Below, piece after piece: positions 20,787-33,021 of a stretch of DNA of 64,000 nt (the stretch's first letter is position 1; every line of letters starts with the position of its first letter). The notes beneath the pieces are model-generated. The model searched no databases. It was not told where the DNA came from and worked only from the letters and a program-made list of their open reading frames with translations. Both the position numbers and the translations under genes were made by a program. The stretch comes from the human T2T-CHM13v2.0 reference genome, Homo sapiens: the NCBI RefSeq assembly GCF_009914755.1, contig NC_060933.1; one strand, 5' to 3'.

Positions 20787-22948
20787 GTGGACCGCTGTGC
20801 GTTCTCCCAGATGGAGCCCTAGGGGTTGGGGGACACAAGGGAGCCTTTTTCTGTTAGATTGGGGCAGGCGGGGCGAGCCTCCTAACCCTATGTCCATCTC
20901 CAGAAGCAGTATGTCTACCTCTACAACTGTCTGAACAGCGCGCTGGCAGACGGGCTGCCCTGAGTCAGCACTGGTCACGGTGCAGGAGAGGTTTGTGCCC
21001 TGTGGGATGGGGACAGCATTCCTGACACATCCACGTGGGCCTGGGCTCCCTGGAAGGGCGGCCTCCACTGGGCCCTGTGCTGGGAAGGTACAGGGTCTTG
21101 GAATAAAGACCTGTGGCCAAGCCTGAAGCTCAGTGTGTTCTGTCTGTCCATCCTCAGGCCTGGGCCCAGCGTGTGGGTCTCGTGGGCAAACATGGAGCCG
21201 GGATGGAAGCTAGGACCTGGAGTCTGGTTGAACTTGGTGACCTATGGCCCCTATGCTGTTGGTTTTTCCCCTGAAGCAATCCTCTCCCTGCTAATCCTCC
21301 AGTTTCTAAATTTCCTCAGACTTTGGTCTCTCCACGTCTAGTTTCCTGTGGTGCTAAGCCCTGGATTCAGAATCACAGCTCCAAATTGTTTGTCCTCTGC
21401 CTCATCACCCTGTACGCACCATGCTGTATGCAGTAGGGTTTATCCTGTTTCCCACTTCCCTTCTCCTGCCATCCCCAGCCTTCTCTACCTGCCAGAGCCC
21501 CCAGGGGCCACCCTCAGCCCCCACCAGGATGGAGGTGCCAGAGCTACCCTGTTACTCGGAAGGCAGGTGCTGGAGGCACCCCTCAGGCGGAGGTGCCGAG
21601 TTTTCCCTGCTCCTTCTCTGTCTCCTTCTTCCTCCCCTCTACATAAGAGGTGGGGGAGAAAGCAGGGAAGGCATATGGAGAAAGGAAAAACCAGGAGGAG
21701 CAGCAGAGACCAGAAAAGAGGGTGGGGAGGCAGCTGTCTGTCCCACACACTGTAGGACTGCACTGCATACCATGTGCATGATTGCTGGTGGCCACATGAG
21801 CTCCTGCCTGCTTCCCTGGTCAGGCTGGGAGTTTCCAGGTGCAGTGCCTGATGCTGGACACTAACTGCCCCTGGTGGAAGGCCCTGGGAGGACACAGAGA
21901 AAGCCTGGAAAGATCAGAGCAAGAGTCCCTGAAATGGAGTCGGGTCTCCCCAAGGGGAAGCGGGGAGAGCTCTTTGGCCAACCTGAGTTCCTACTAAGGT
22001 GCAACGGGTCAGAAGTCAGGAGGGTCCTTCTCAGGCCTGGTTGAAGAAGGGTACAGAGGTCGTGCTGGCTGCTCAGCCGGGAGCTTTCCCAGAACGAGAC
22101 TAAAGCACGGTGCCCTCCCAGGAGGACTAAATGCCGGTGTCCTCCATATGCCATGTTTATCAGGAGCTGAGGGTGGGCCCCCTAATGACCCTCACAAAAG
22201 CAGGCTGGAGGCTCTGCTCTGAGCTGCCCAAGTCTGTCTCAAGCAGCTGCTGCTGAGGTTGCAACAGGGCTCAACCATGGCTTTTCCACTCTGGGAAAAT
22301 CTCACATTGGAGCAGCAGGAGCTGCAAATGAGATGGAGCCAAGGCTATGGTTGAGTGAAGGAAGTGCAGGCTGGCCTGTGGTAGCTTTCTGCCATAGGGC
22401 AAAGGTGGCTCTATCTGTGAGTCTTTCTGGTCATGTAGGCCCATCCTCTAGCCTTCTTAGGAGGCTCATCTTCTACTTTCAGCGCCATGGCACCAACGGG
22501 AGGCCTAGGGTCAGGGTCTGCTCATTTCTTGGTCCGGCTATGCAGCCCCTCTAGCCCTGGGAGGTTATCGGAGAGTGGAGAGGTGTTGATGAGAGGATTC
22601 TGGCATGTGGAAGGACAGGGTGGAAGAAATCCTGGATGCCTCTGAGGTCCCAGGTTTCTGGTATACCCTCTGGCTGGACCATGGGGAGACAGGGCAAAAA
22701 AGGAAGGAGGGGTGCCCACAGCCTGCTCTAGCTCTGCACTGGGGCTTGGCTCAGCATGGGAGAGACCAGAGACAGCAAGAGGCGGCGTGAAGGAAGCACA
22801 GCCAGCTCACTATGGTCTAAGGAGAGAACAGGGATTGGCCTCAGTTTTAACCACCGTGCCCTTTGCTCACCAGGGCTCTGGGGCCGGCCAGGTCAGCCAG
22901 TTGGTGGGATTCCAGCCTCAGGGTGGCCGAGCTGCAGGTGCAGCACCC

Positions 22949-22965
22949 GGCCTCCAGGTGGCGCC
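22949..22965 (+). promoter_or_regulatory. CTCF consensus motif
   Basis: ggcctccaggtggcgcc. Confidence 0.55.
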
Positions 22966-23774
22966 AATCTGCTTACTTTGAGGTGGCCTCTTGACAAGCA
23001 GCTGAGCTGCACGCAGTCCCTCAGCCTGCCGAGGTCCTGGGAGCAGGGATCAAGGTGGTCCCCGTAAACCTGACAGTAAACCTGACAGAGGCTGCAGGAG
23101 TGCATTTCCACCCAGGGTGCACTCAGCGAGTGGAACTCCACACCCGTTTCTTTGGAGTCAAGGCGCGACCTCTCAGGGAGGAGACTGCTCCTGGTTGCCC
23201 ACTGCCGGGTCATCCCAGCTTGCAGTGGAACCCTCCGCAGCCTGGCCTCTTCCAGGGTAGCCCCTCACTCCCCTCTCTCTTGTCCTAGGATAAGGCCGAG
23301 GAAGGCTGACGAGTTCCAGCTCTGGGGATGCCCTATCAGCTGTGTCACCTTGAACAAATCATTTCTCCTCTTGGGTCTCTGTTTCCTCCAGTGTGAAACG
23401 TGGTGAAGGCATGAGGGGCTATGGGAGCCCCAAGGCCTCTTTCAGAGATCTCCTCTGGGTCCCATGTGACCCCGTGGCTATCCCCAAAGGCAAGAGGGTC
23501 CCCAGCCCTGCAGCCAAGGCCCTGGGACACCCTTTCTAAACAAGTGCAGGTCTCTGACGGGCTGAGCTTTGCTCGCTTGGGTTTCTTTGCTTTTTTCCTT
23601 TTTTTATCTTTCCTGAATGAAATTCCTGCCAGCTCCGAAGGAAGGAGGGAAGGGAGCTAGCCGCAGCGTAGAAAGTTTCCTTGACTCCTCCTCCGGCTGG
23701 GTCTCCCTCCCTTGCCAAGCCCAGCCTGTGAAACTGAATAACGAAGATCACTCAACAAAGCCTGCTCCTCTCTG

Positions 23775-24145
23775 ACTGCACCGTCCCGCCGCCGACGCCC
23801 AGTAGAGCCCCCGGGGCGGTCCCCACCGACGGCGCAGCCCGCCGGGACCGGGAGAAAGCAGCTGCGGACACCGCGCCCGTGCGTCTGCGCGCCTGGCCGC
23901 CAGGTGACCCAGCAGCCCGGCCGCCGAGATGCCCAGCCCGCCCAGGCTCCGGGCGCTGTGACTTCGCGCCGCTGTGTGCGCCTCCCCGAGCGCCGGCTGC
24001 GCCCCCCAGCCCGGCCCGGGGCCTACCGCCTGCCCGGCCCCCTGCCACTGCCAGGAGGACGGCATCATGCTGTCTGCCGACTGCTCTTGAGCTTGGGCTG
24101 TCCGCCATACCGGGGGACCTGGATCCCCTGACGGCTTACCTGTGA
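23775..24145 (+). promoter_or_regulatory. CpG island / LGR6-derived promoter
   Basis: Very high GC and CpG density, GC box ggggcgg near 23813, directly upstream of and overlapping the LGR6-like exon 1. Confidence 0.8.
23929..24141 (+). pseudogene. LGR6: Disabled duplicate of LGR6 coding exon 1 (signal peptide and LRRNT)
   Basis: ATG 23929 reads MPSPPRLRAL* (TGA 23959-61 where LGR6 has Trp as recalled), then [29 protein letters not shown], a +1 T near 24087, then ELGLSAIPGDLDPLTAYL; donor GTGAGT intact at 24142. No further LGR6 exons recognised. Symbol is the parent gene. Confidence 0.9.
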
Positions 24146-26469
24146 GTACTGCCCGCCTGTCTCCACCTGGTACTGCGGGCTGCTGGCTTGCACCCAGTCC
24201 TGGCCTCAGCAGGACACCTGCTTGCTTGGTGCCCTGGGGCGTGGGCATCCCGGAGAGGGTTCACCCCCTTCCAAGTTGACCGTTGCGGGACTGGGGAGGG
24301 GAGAAGAGTCTGAGACTAAATATCAGGCGAGCAGGGAGACCAGGCTTCCCTGACTTGGCTTCCCCATTGGCCTCCGTGCTTGTGGGCTGACTGCGGGAGC
24401 CCAGGTTTGGCAAGGTGGGTTCTGGACCCTAAGCGGGAGGGCGCGGGGCTGGCTCCCCCATCTCCTGTTGCTGCATTCTCTTCCAGCAGAGCAGTGCCCA
24501 GGATGGTGGCTGAGGGTAAAGCTGACAGAACTGGAGGTGGAGGTGAGGGGAGCGTGCCCCAGTGGGGTGGAAATAATGTCTGTTCTTCTGCCATGGTGAG
24601 GACAACAGGGCTGTCACACTGAGGCTGGGTGGCCTTCTTTGGGGGGGGGTCCCAGAAGCTGGGAGGGGGGCCTTATCCACTCTTGTCTCCTCAGAAAGGG
24701 ACTCTGCCAGCACCATCTCCCTTTACTGGGGCCTCCCGGCTCCCCCAGGGGCCTCCCTAAAGTCATGTCCCAAGAGGCTGTGTTGGAGACACTAATTTGT
24801 GGGCAGGCGCGGAGGCTGAAAAGCAGAGAACCATTTTTAGCGTCTGAGTTGGGGTGAGATGGCCCGTGAAGGGGACCCTATTGGGGGCAGCTGTCCTGTC
24901 CGTCTGGCTCACAGGAGCTTCCCCTCAGAGCTGGAGGGCTGGGGGCTCTCGCTGCTTACCACATGGGCAGGAGGAGGGTGAGAGAGCACATTCCAGGCCA
25001 CCTACCCGCACCCCCAGCCCCGCTCTGGGGAAAGGAGACCTCCTCCAGCCCAGCTCTGCAGGCTCCATCAACTTCCTCAGAGGAGCTGGGAGCAGGTGGG
25101 AAAGCCTGGGGCCTTCTGCTGAGGGCTAGGATCCCAGAGCTCCTTCTGGCCTGAGAGAGACCCCTCATGGCTTCTAGCATGTGGGAGTTCTAGCACGTGG
25201 GAGCTTAGAGGAAGAGGACGCTGGGCGAATCTTTATAGGGGCCTAGCAAGAATTTGTGGAACTAAAAGGATGCTCAGTGTTGGCAGTGTCCTGGTGGGAG
25301 GCAGAGGGTCCCAGATGGCAACTCTTCATGGGGCTCCTCTCCAAATGTCCCTGTCCCTAGGTTGGGATGTCCTCCTCCACTCCAAAAGGCACAGGCTGTG
25401 GGCCAGGTAAGGGAGTGAGAAGAGAAAAATAATGCCCATCTTCTAGAAGGACAAATGGAATCCTTCACAGTGCAGCAGGTGACGGCGGAGGCAGTCATGG
25501 GAATAAAGCTACCAACTGCACAGAGGCTGGGTGCTCAGCATCTGGCAAAGCAGGGCAGGCTCCGGCCCCAGCCCACACCCAGGCCAGCCCTGCTTTCAGC
25601 AGTTTTCTATCCTGGGAGTATGTGACATTGGTTCATTGGAAGACAGGGTCCTGTGGCTAAAGAGTTTAGATATGACTTCTGTGGAGCCTTTCTCTGGGTG
25701 AGCTGAAGGAAGGTCCCTTGCCTGGGTTGAAGGGGCAGGGGAGATAAGGCCTTCCAGAGCTTCCTTTCCCAGTGTTAAGTCTTCCTAGACTGATTAATGA
25801 TCCTTTTTCTAGAAGGACCTGGGGGAGGAGGTACACTGTCACCTTTGGAATTCAAGCATCCTACCATCCATGCTGGCAGAAGATTTTCCCACTAACTTGT
25901 CACAATTCCCTGGGAGCTGTGAAGTCTGCATCTGGGTTCAGTGGAGGTGGGGTTTTCTGAGCTGGTCTGTGTCTTCCTGGGGATTGAGAAAGCCCCCCTC
26001 TCTCTCAAGACTCAGGGGATGCTTCTGAGAATGGCGGAGAGAAGAGAGGGAGTGGGAGCTAGAAAGAGTACGATGGGTCCTGAGGCAATGTGGGGAATTT
26101 AGCAGTGGGGTCTGGAATATTGGAAGGAGGTAGCAGAGGACCGTGTTCCCTGCCCTGGGCTGGGGAGGGGTCCCATCAGGATGGTGCATGAGGGATATCT
26201 ACAGTTGTCCTGAGGGTGTCTCAGAGGAGGAATTTTCTTTCTTTGCCCTCTCTGGAGAACAGCTCTACCACAAAGGCACCTGAAGGTGGGGTTGAGGGCT
26301 GGCATGGAGAAGAGCCAGGGTGGGGAAGTCTTGGGGCTCCTTTCTCTTTTCAGCGATGTTAGGAGGTGCCCACCTTGGCCCTGCCCCATGTATCCCAGCC
26401 CTTGCTGAGGACAGCACAGATTCGCATCTGATGATATAACCAGCAGTGCCTCTCTCTGGGCCACTCAAA

Positions 26470-26660
26470 CCTTGGTTCCTTCCTAGCTCTGCCACCTACT
26501 GAGAGTCACTCACTGAACACCTCTAAGCCTCAGGTTCTTGATGTGTACATGGAGAGGAGGAAGCATGTTGCTGAGAGGATTAAATGAGATAATATGTTCA
26601 GTGAAAGTCCCCACAGTGCCTGACACCCGAGGGTGACTCTGAAATGGTGGCTAGTATTAT
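26470..26660. mobile_element. MIR
   Basis: ctctgccacctact...tctaagcctcaggtt...gaggattaaatgagataat. Confidence 0.65.
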
Positions 26661-27543
26661 CATGCCTCCTGTGGGTGCTCCGTGGAGGTGGAGGTAAACT
26701 ACCAGGCCTCTCCACACCAGAGGGAAATTGAGCCTAGTGGGTGAGTGTAGAATTCAAGGGAATTGTTTGTGGCTGGAGGAAGAGAGCTGTGTGCTTGGGG
26801 AGGTGACTGTCAGGGCAACTCTTGATCAATACTTGGCTGGTTCTGGGGACTTGGAGCCCAACCAGTTGGTGCAAATTGGGGGTTGGGGATCGGGAGGGAA
26901 GGTGGGGACTTAGATCCTCCTGACACAGAGTTGAGAATGAAAAATGTTAAAACACTTGGATATGCAGGAAGTAGCAGGCCAGAGAGGACTCGAAGATCCT
27001 TAGAAGGAGCCATAGACGGAACCATAGGAGGCGCCCAGGAGCTATGGGCTCCAGAAGGTACCCGCAAGTCCTCTTGCACATTCCTTGACCTGGTCTCAAT
27101 AAAAATGACATCACATCTCTTCCCCCACTCCACGGCTGTGAGATTTTCTCTTTCTAGCCAATACCTTTCATGAAGTAGGTGCTTCCACCTCTCCATCTTT
27201 GTTCTAGGGAAGACCGGAAAGGCATCTTTATAGTCAACTGGTATTCTTTGCCTTGATACTCATGTCCAAAAACTATTACCACTTTTGGGCTCAATGCCAG
27301 GCCTGTTTGATCAAGGTTGGGAAGACACACTTCAGATACTCACAATCCTTCATATGTCTCTCTTTTTTCAACAGTTTCCTCCTAAACTGTGGTCTCAGCG
27401 AGGCTCATTGACACTCACCGGGGTTTCGACATTCTCCCTGGCTAGGGCCTGTTCTGGAAATAGACCAAGGGGGAGATGGAGCCCCTGGCCGTGGGACATC
27501 CAATCTGATGGTGATGAGAAGGCATGATGCCTCTTGTTCTATT

Positions 27544-27678
27544 CTTTTTTGTTTCTTCTTTTTTTTTAAATAAAAAAGACCAGTAATGTGCTGACTTCAT
27601 AACAAGGTTTGAGGGAGGCACTTCTCACACGTGAGCATGAAAACCCAATCGTCACGCTTCTTAACTGCAAAAGGATCA
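27544..27678 (-). pseudogene. SNORD13: U13 (SNORD13) snoRNA retrocopy with polyA tail
   Basis: Reverse complement reads atccttttgcagttaagaagcgtgacgattgggttttcatgctcacgtgtgagaagtgcctccctcaaaccttgttatgaagtcagcacattac, U13-like; T-rich tail 27544-27567; perfect TSD cctcttgttctatt at 27530-27543 and 27679-27692. Symbol is the parent gene. Confidence 0.85.
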
Positions 27679-28234
27679 CCTCTTGTTCTATTGTATTGCA
27701 TGTACACATGATGCACAGACAGGAATACACAGACAGCAAATAACTTGTTGGGCAGATAATCCCCGGAGTTGTTCCTGAGTAGAAAGATCTGGGTAGTTAC
27801 TCTGGGCCCCCAAGGCTGAGCAGTGTCAGTAAACAGATGGTGCCAGAAAAGGTATCTCACGCAGCTAGTTGTGAAAGACGTCAGGCTCATGCACTTGCAG
27901 TCACACCTAAGCACCCATTTTCATAGCCCACTGCCACCAGGGCTGAGGGAGGGGCCGCTACACCATGCAACCCCCACTTCAGACTGCTGTTTGCTTTCTT
28001 GGGAATTATAACTTTAAGATTGCCTGTGATAACTGATAACCACTGGACTTGTTTGAAAGGTTAGATGGTGTGTGCATGTGTGTCTGTATGTGCGTGTGTG
28101 TCTGTGTGTGTCTGCGTGTTTCTCTGTGTGTGTGTAGATACAGGGTAATTTGCAGGGGATGTCTACAGCCAAAATGATGGAGGCAGGATGCTGGAGGCAG
28201 AGAGTAAGGGGTTGTGGCATTTGCCACAACAAAG

Positions 28235-28430
28235 CAGAGTTCAAACTATCACTTACTAGCTATGTAACCCCCAGCCAGTTGATTAGCCCTTCTGTGACTT
28301 AGTTTCCTCACCTGTAAACAGGGTTAAGATCTACCTCATAGGGTTGTTGTGTGGATTCACTTAGATGATGTTTGCAAAGGGTTTGGCATAATGTCTGGTA
28401 CATGGGAAGAGCTCAATAAATGTTAGCCAG
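28235..28430. mobile_element. MIR
   Basis: cacttactagctatgtaacc...agtttcctcacctgtaaa...gctcaataaatgttagc. Confidence 0.7.
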
Positions 28431-29719
28431 TGCTGTTATTAGGATAACCAGGGCGAAGAAATGTCAGTCATGGAAGTCTTCCTGGAGGAGGAAGTCCTGG
28501 AGCTAGCATGGGAGGGAGGGAAGCAGGCCTATTCTATGAAAGGTGTAGGATAGGTGTATGTGTAGTTGCGGGCTGTGAGAGGTGCAAGAAGCTGCGAAGA
28601 AGATGGAATGAGCTCTGCTGGGAACCCAGAGTAATTTTAGGGTTTTTTTTTTTTGTTTTTTTTTTTTTTTAGAATACAGTCTGAAAAACCAGGGAGGGGA
28701 GGGGAGCACCTGATGGAAGACGCCAGCGTGCTCCCTTACATGGTCTAGACGGGCCCCTGCAGGGGCTACAGATGAGGAGGCAGAGAAACAGGCGGCCTTA
28801 ACAGGGGAGAGCCAGCCTTGGAGAGGATGTATTGTGAATTGGGGGTGGGGGTGCCAACGTGCCAGGTCTCATTTCTCACTTCCAAGGCCACCCTTCCCTG
28901 GCCCAGTCTTAGTCGCCCTTTCTAATAGATTCTAAGAGTTTGACTCCTCCTTCCGGAAACTTGGGGTTTGTGAGTTCTAATCTTCAGTCTCTCAGTTGCT
29001 ATGAGACCCTGTGCAAGTCCCAAAACTTCCCTGGACCTCAATGTCCAGAGAAGCCATGTTTTGGATGAAAAACTAGAAAGTGGGAGAGGCAGGGCGCAAT
29101 CCTCTTTGAGTCTCCTGCTCCTGGTGTGGGACAGAGAAAGCTCCCGGGGAGAGCTGCTCAGCTGCAGGCAGTGAGGGAAGGGAAGGAGGGAAGGGGAGGA
29201 CCCAGGCAGCATCCAGACCAGGGTGGGGAAGAGAACTTATTCTTAAGCAACTTATTCTTAAGCAGCTTCCTGTTCTCTTAGCCTTGAACTTGAAGCCAGG
29301 AATAGGGACAGGGATAGAAGAGCCAAGGCTTGGAGCCGCTGGCCTATGCAGATGCACTTGCTTGTCCAGCAACAGTTGGACAGGGCCTGGCCTGGGCAAT
29401 GTGCTCCGGGGTGCATGGAAAATGTGGTCATTCTTTGTCCGGGGGATTCTTCTTATTCCCTCCCATTTCTCTTTACAGAGAATTTTACACTTCCTTGCAG
29501 ACACTGAATTATTGTGTTAAATTATTATAACTTAATAGCTTGTGAAATATACAAACAACAAGATTATGCCGACATGGCTGTTAGAAGACAAGACAAATTA
29601 GCAGACTCATGCTCATTTCTGTCATTGAACAATTCGTCTCATTCCTTCCTCAAGGCGCTGCCGTTTTCCTGCTCTCCGTCCGTGGGGGTGTTTGTTTACA
29701 CATCTCTCGCAAGAAAAGC

Positions 29720-29860
29720 GCTTCTCTCTGGCTTCCCTCTGCCTCCCCCCCTCCTTCCTGCCCTCTCCCCTGCCTTCCCTTCCTCCTTCCTTCTCTCCCT
29801 CCCTCCTTTTCTCCCCGTTCCTTTCTTCCCTTCTCTCTGTCCTTCCCCCTTCCTTCCTTT
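29720..29860. repeat. CT-rich low-complexity polypyrimidine tract
   Basis: Almost only C and T over ~140 bp. Confidence 0.85.
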
Positions 29861-31641
29861 ACTGATGTAACAACCTTGGTGTGCCGTGGCTAAGCCACAC
29901 TCCACCCCTGACCTGCGGGGGATGAGTCAAACGGTCAGACTTGCCTGGGCTTGTTCCACGCTCCCCTGGCTAGACAGGCGTCTACACATTCTCAGTTAGG
30001 GGCTGGACAGGGGCAGCTGCTAGACAGGTCCTATTCTGGGCCTCTCTGAGAAAAAGTGTCCCTGAAAAGAAAGGGAGCTCCCACTTCCATGGACCCTTAG
30101 CCATGCCAAGGGGCAGTACCGGCTTTCTGCTGGTGCTGATGAGCTGTGGTGTGAACTCACGAAGGTCAGCTGATTCACGGGCCCTGGATCTCTGCTCTCC
30201 TTCCACTAAGTGGGACTCGGGCCAGCCTGCCATGAAGGAGGTAGCTGCTGCAGCTTTCAGGAAGGAACACCAGGTGTCAACCCCACCGGGTGGCCAACCC
30301 CACCTGGCTAGGACCCAGTCCCTGGTGGCTGCTCTCCCGAGAGGCGGGCAGGGCTGGGGCTAGGGGCTGTCCAGGAGTGTTCTGGACTGTCCCTTCGCCA
30401 CAATTCCCACAGGCTGCTCAGGACCGAGGCTGAGACGGGCGACCAGGACGGGATTGTATGGCTGCAGGAGGCTACACAGTCCCAGGAGGCTGCTTCTAAG
30501 AGGCCCACGTGGCCTGCATGGGGATGCGCCTGGCTGTCCAGCATGTGGTCATTTGAATTGTACATGTTTCACTGGGATGCCTACAGAAAAGTAGACAGAA
30601 GATGTGGAAAAAGTTTTTGAAATGTTGCAAACTTAGCTACTTTTAAAATAAAAAAAATAGCTTTATAATTATAAAAGCAATATGTAAATCTTAAAATAAT
30701 TTGCTACATTCTAGTAAGCATCTTATGATCTCTATGTGCCCTATAACATTATGTTGTATAGTTTAAATATATACAATAAAATCTATTTTAAAAAATAGCA
30801 GGCAATTAAATCTCATTTTAAAAAGAGTCAGTTTAACTCCCTTCTAATTTCTACCCCTCGTTTTCCCTCTGTGTGTGTGTATGTGTGTATGTCATCTTCG
30901 TTAAATGGCTCAATGCATTCCGAATATTTTTTCCGTTGTCTTCATGATATATTCATGGGAAGGGGAGTATGTGGCTTATTGCTGTTAGTTTATCAATAGA
31001 GAATGCTGGCCAAATGTCTTTAAGAGTAATGACGATCTCAATAGCGGTAATGACAGCTACCACTTTCGGAGCTCCTCCTGCCTACCAGGCACCACTGGGG
31101 TCCCTCTCTGCAGCCCCTCACGCCATCCTCCTAGTCACTTTCTGAGGTGTGTGTGGTCATCCTCCCATTTGCAGGAGGGCTCTGAAGCACAGGAAGGTTC
31201 GATACTTACCCCATGGCCGGGATAAGATGGGCCAGGGCCAGGCTGTGAACTAAGGCAGAGAAGGGGCTCTCCAGCACCTTTCCTGAGCCCTTGCCTCCTC
31301 TGCCTCTGCCCCATGGCCATCTGGTGGGTGGACACAGCTAAGCCATGGCTAGAACCCAGCATTCTCATGACTGCTTTAACCATAGAAAATCACAAGTTGC
31401 AAGCAACGGGACACACATTTACTTGTCTACATTAGCACTTGTGATGAAGATAATTCATGCTATTTTTTTCCCCATTCGGAACGTACCTGTCCTTAGAATA
31501 GTTAGAGAAGTTTTATGAGGATTGTGTAACTAGCATTAACTTAGGTCACCTAATTCTTGATCAACCAAATCGCAGGTCAAACAAAGGAGGCCTATGCCTT
31601 CATAGAAAGCATCAGTTAATGTCCATTTAAAAACTGATGCT

Positions 31642-31940
31642 GGCCGGGCCCGGTGGCTCATGCCTGTAATCCCAGCACTTTGGGAGGCCGAGGCGGGTGG
31701 ATCACGAGCTCAGGAGATCGAGACCATCCTGGCTAACACGGTGAAAACCCATCTCTATTAAAAATACAAAAATTAGCTGGGCGTGGTGGCACATGCCTGT
31801 AATCCCAGCTACTTGGGAGGCTGAAGCAGGGAGAATTGCTTGAACTCTGGAGGTGAAGGTTACAGTGAACCAAGATCGTGTCATTTCACTACAGCCTGGG
31901 TGACAGAGCGAAAGTCTGTCTCAAAAAAAAAAAACAAACA
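31642..31940 (+). mobile_element. Alu
   Basis: Full dimer, flanked by aaactgatg on both sides. Confidence 0.95.
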
Positions 31941-32032
31941 AACTGATGTTGCATCTTCCAGTCTAAAATAAAAATACATTGTTAACCATTTTTATGTTTA
32001 CAAAACCTACAGTTTTATAGTTCTAAAAGTAG

Positions 32033-32227
<195 letters not shown>

Positions 32228-32872
32228 TAAAGATCAGTCAATTAAAGCTAATTTTTAAGAAAGAATTAAGCTTATATATTCTTCCAATGTCTAACATCTA
32301 TTTTCTTATAAGTGTGTCTTATTTCATGGAAATAATGCCTCATTTATTATTTTAGTAAGTTTTGGCAACCTAGTTAACTCAGTTCACTTGTCCAGTATGT
32401 CAAATCTTCATTTTACTCTGGGACCAACTGTGAAGACATCTGGAACCAAGGGGTGTGGTAGGGGTTATATGGCTCTGTTGTTTGTAGTTAGCTTTGCATT
32501 TTTGCTTCTTGATCATTAGATCAGAAACTAGACCTCATCTCATGAGTGCTTATGTATTGATTGATTATTTGGGTCAGTCAGGGTTGCTGACATTTGAAAT
32601 GCATGCAGGGTAGGAATAAAATGGTTGTGATGCATTTGGTTAGCAAATAGCCCACTTTCCCAGGACTGATGAGAGGGACATTTGGAGGCTCATGACAGGC
32701 AGCATGATAGAGGGGAGTCAGCCTGGTCTCACCGGCAGGTCTTCAAAGCTCAGACTTTCGTGTCTGTGGAAGGCTGGGTTACACGATTTAACAAAAACAA
32801 ACCTGAAGAGTCCTCTTGTCATTGGTAAGCTCCCATCCCCAGAAATCATCCAGTATATTTCTCTCTCCACAC

Positions 32873-32991
32873 CTGGGAGACACTTTCGATTCATCTAGAA
32901 GTTTCTTGAATTGTTCTTTGGCTAGCAGCAATTTACTTTTCTTTTCCTTGTATTCTTCTTTTATTCTTGTCTTGACAAACTGTTCAAATAT
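32873..32991 (-). pseudogene. TCERG1L: Duplicated TCERG1L exon (FF domain), 119 nt
   Basis: ttttaag|[39 protein letters not shown](R)|gtgtgg; open frame with canonical splice sites. Symbol is the parent gene. Confidence 0.85.
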
Positions 32992-33021
32992 CTTAAAACA
33001 CAGACACAGAAGAAAAACATC

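Larger units (their letters stand above)
14878..21107 (+). pseudogene. LOC100128076: Unprocessed duplicated pseudogene of receptor tyrosine phosphatase PTPRV/OST-PTP (D1 and D2 exons only)
   Basis: Exons approx. 14878-14939, 15102-15192, 15301-15377, 16416-16554, 17235-17357, 17953-18113, 18250-18385, 18745-18812, 18942-19029, 19136-19214, 19304-19380, 19526-19654, 19795/19801-19911, 20016-20179, 20527-20662, 20904-20963 (stop); AATAAA 21102-21107. PTP motifs DHSRVRL, DYINAN, IASQGP, CEHYW, ILVHC, GRTG, MIQT. Lesions: TAA 15174-76 in KNRY (KNC*), 4-nt ccca duplication near 16430, TGA 18001-03 in WPD, TAG 18064-66, AG>GG acceptor at 18248-49. Locus ID recalled. Confidence 0.9.

Noticed and set aside
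14878-24141. Calling this the authentic PTPRVP-LGR6 locus with a functional LGR6 start
   Set aside because: Exon 1 has a stop at codon 11 and a frameshift, the PTP gene is cut mid-exon by L1, and TCERG1L exons follow instead of LGR6 exons
20187-29263. Short perfect tandem duplications (21 bp at 20187-20228, 12 bp near 23065, 16 bp near 25172, 15 bp at 29234-29263)
   Set aside because: Ordinary slippage events with no evident function
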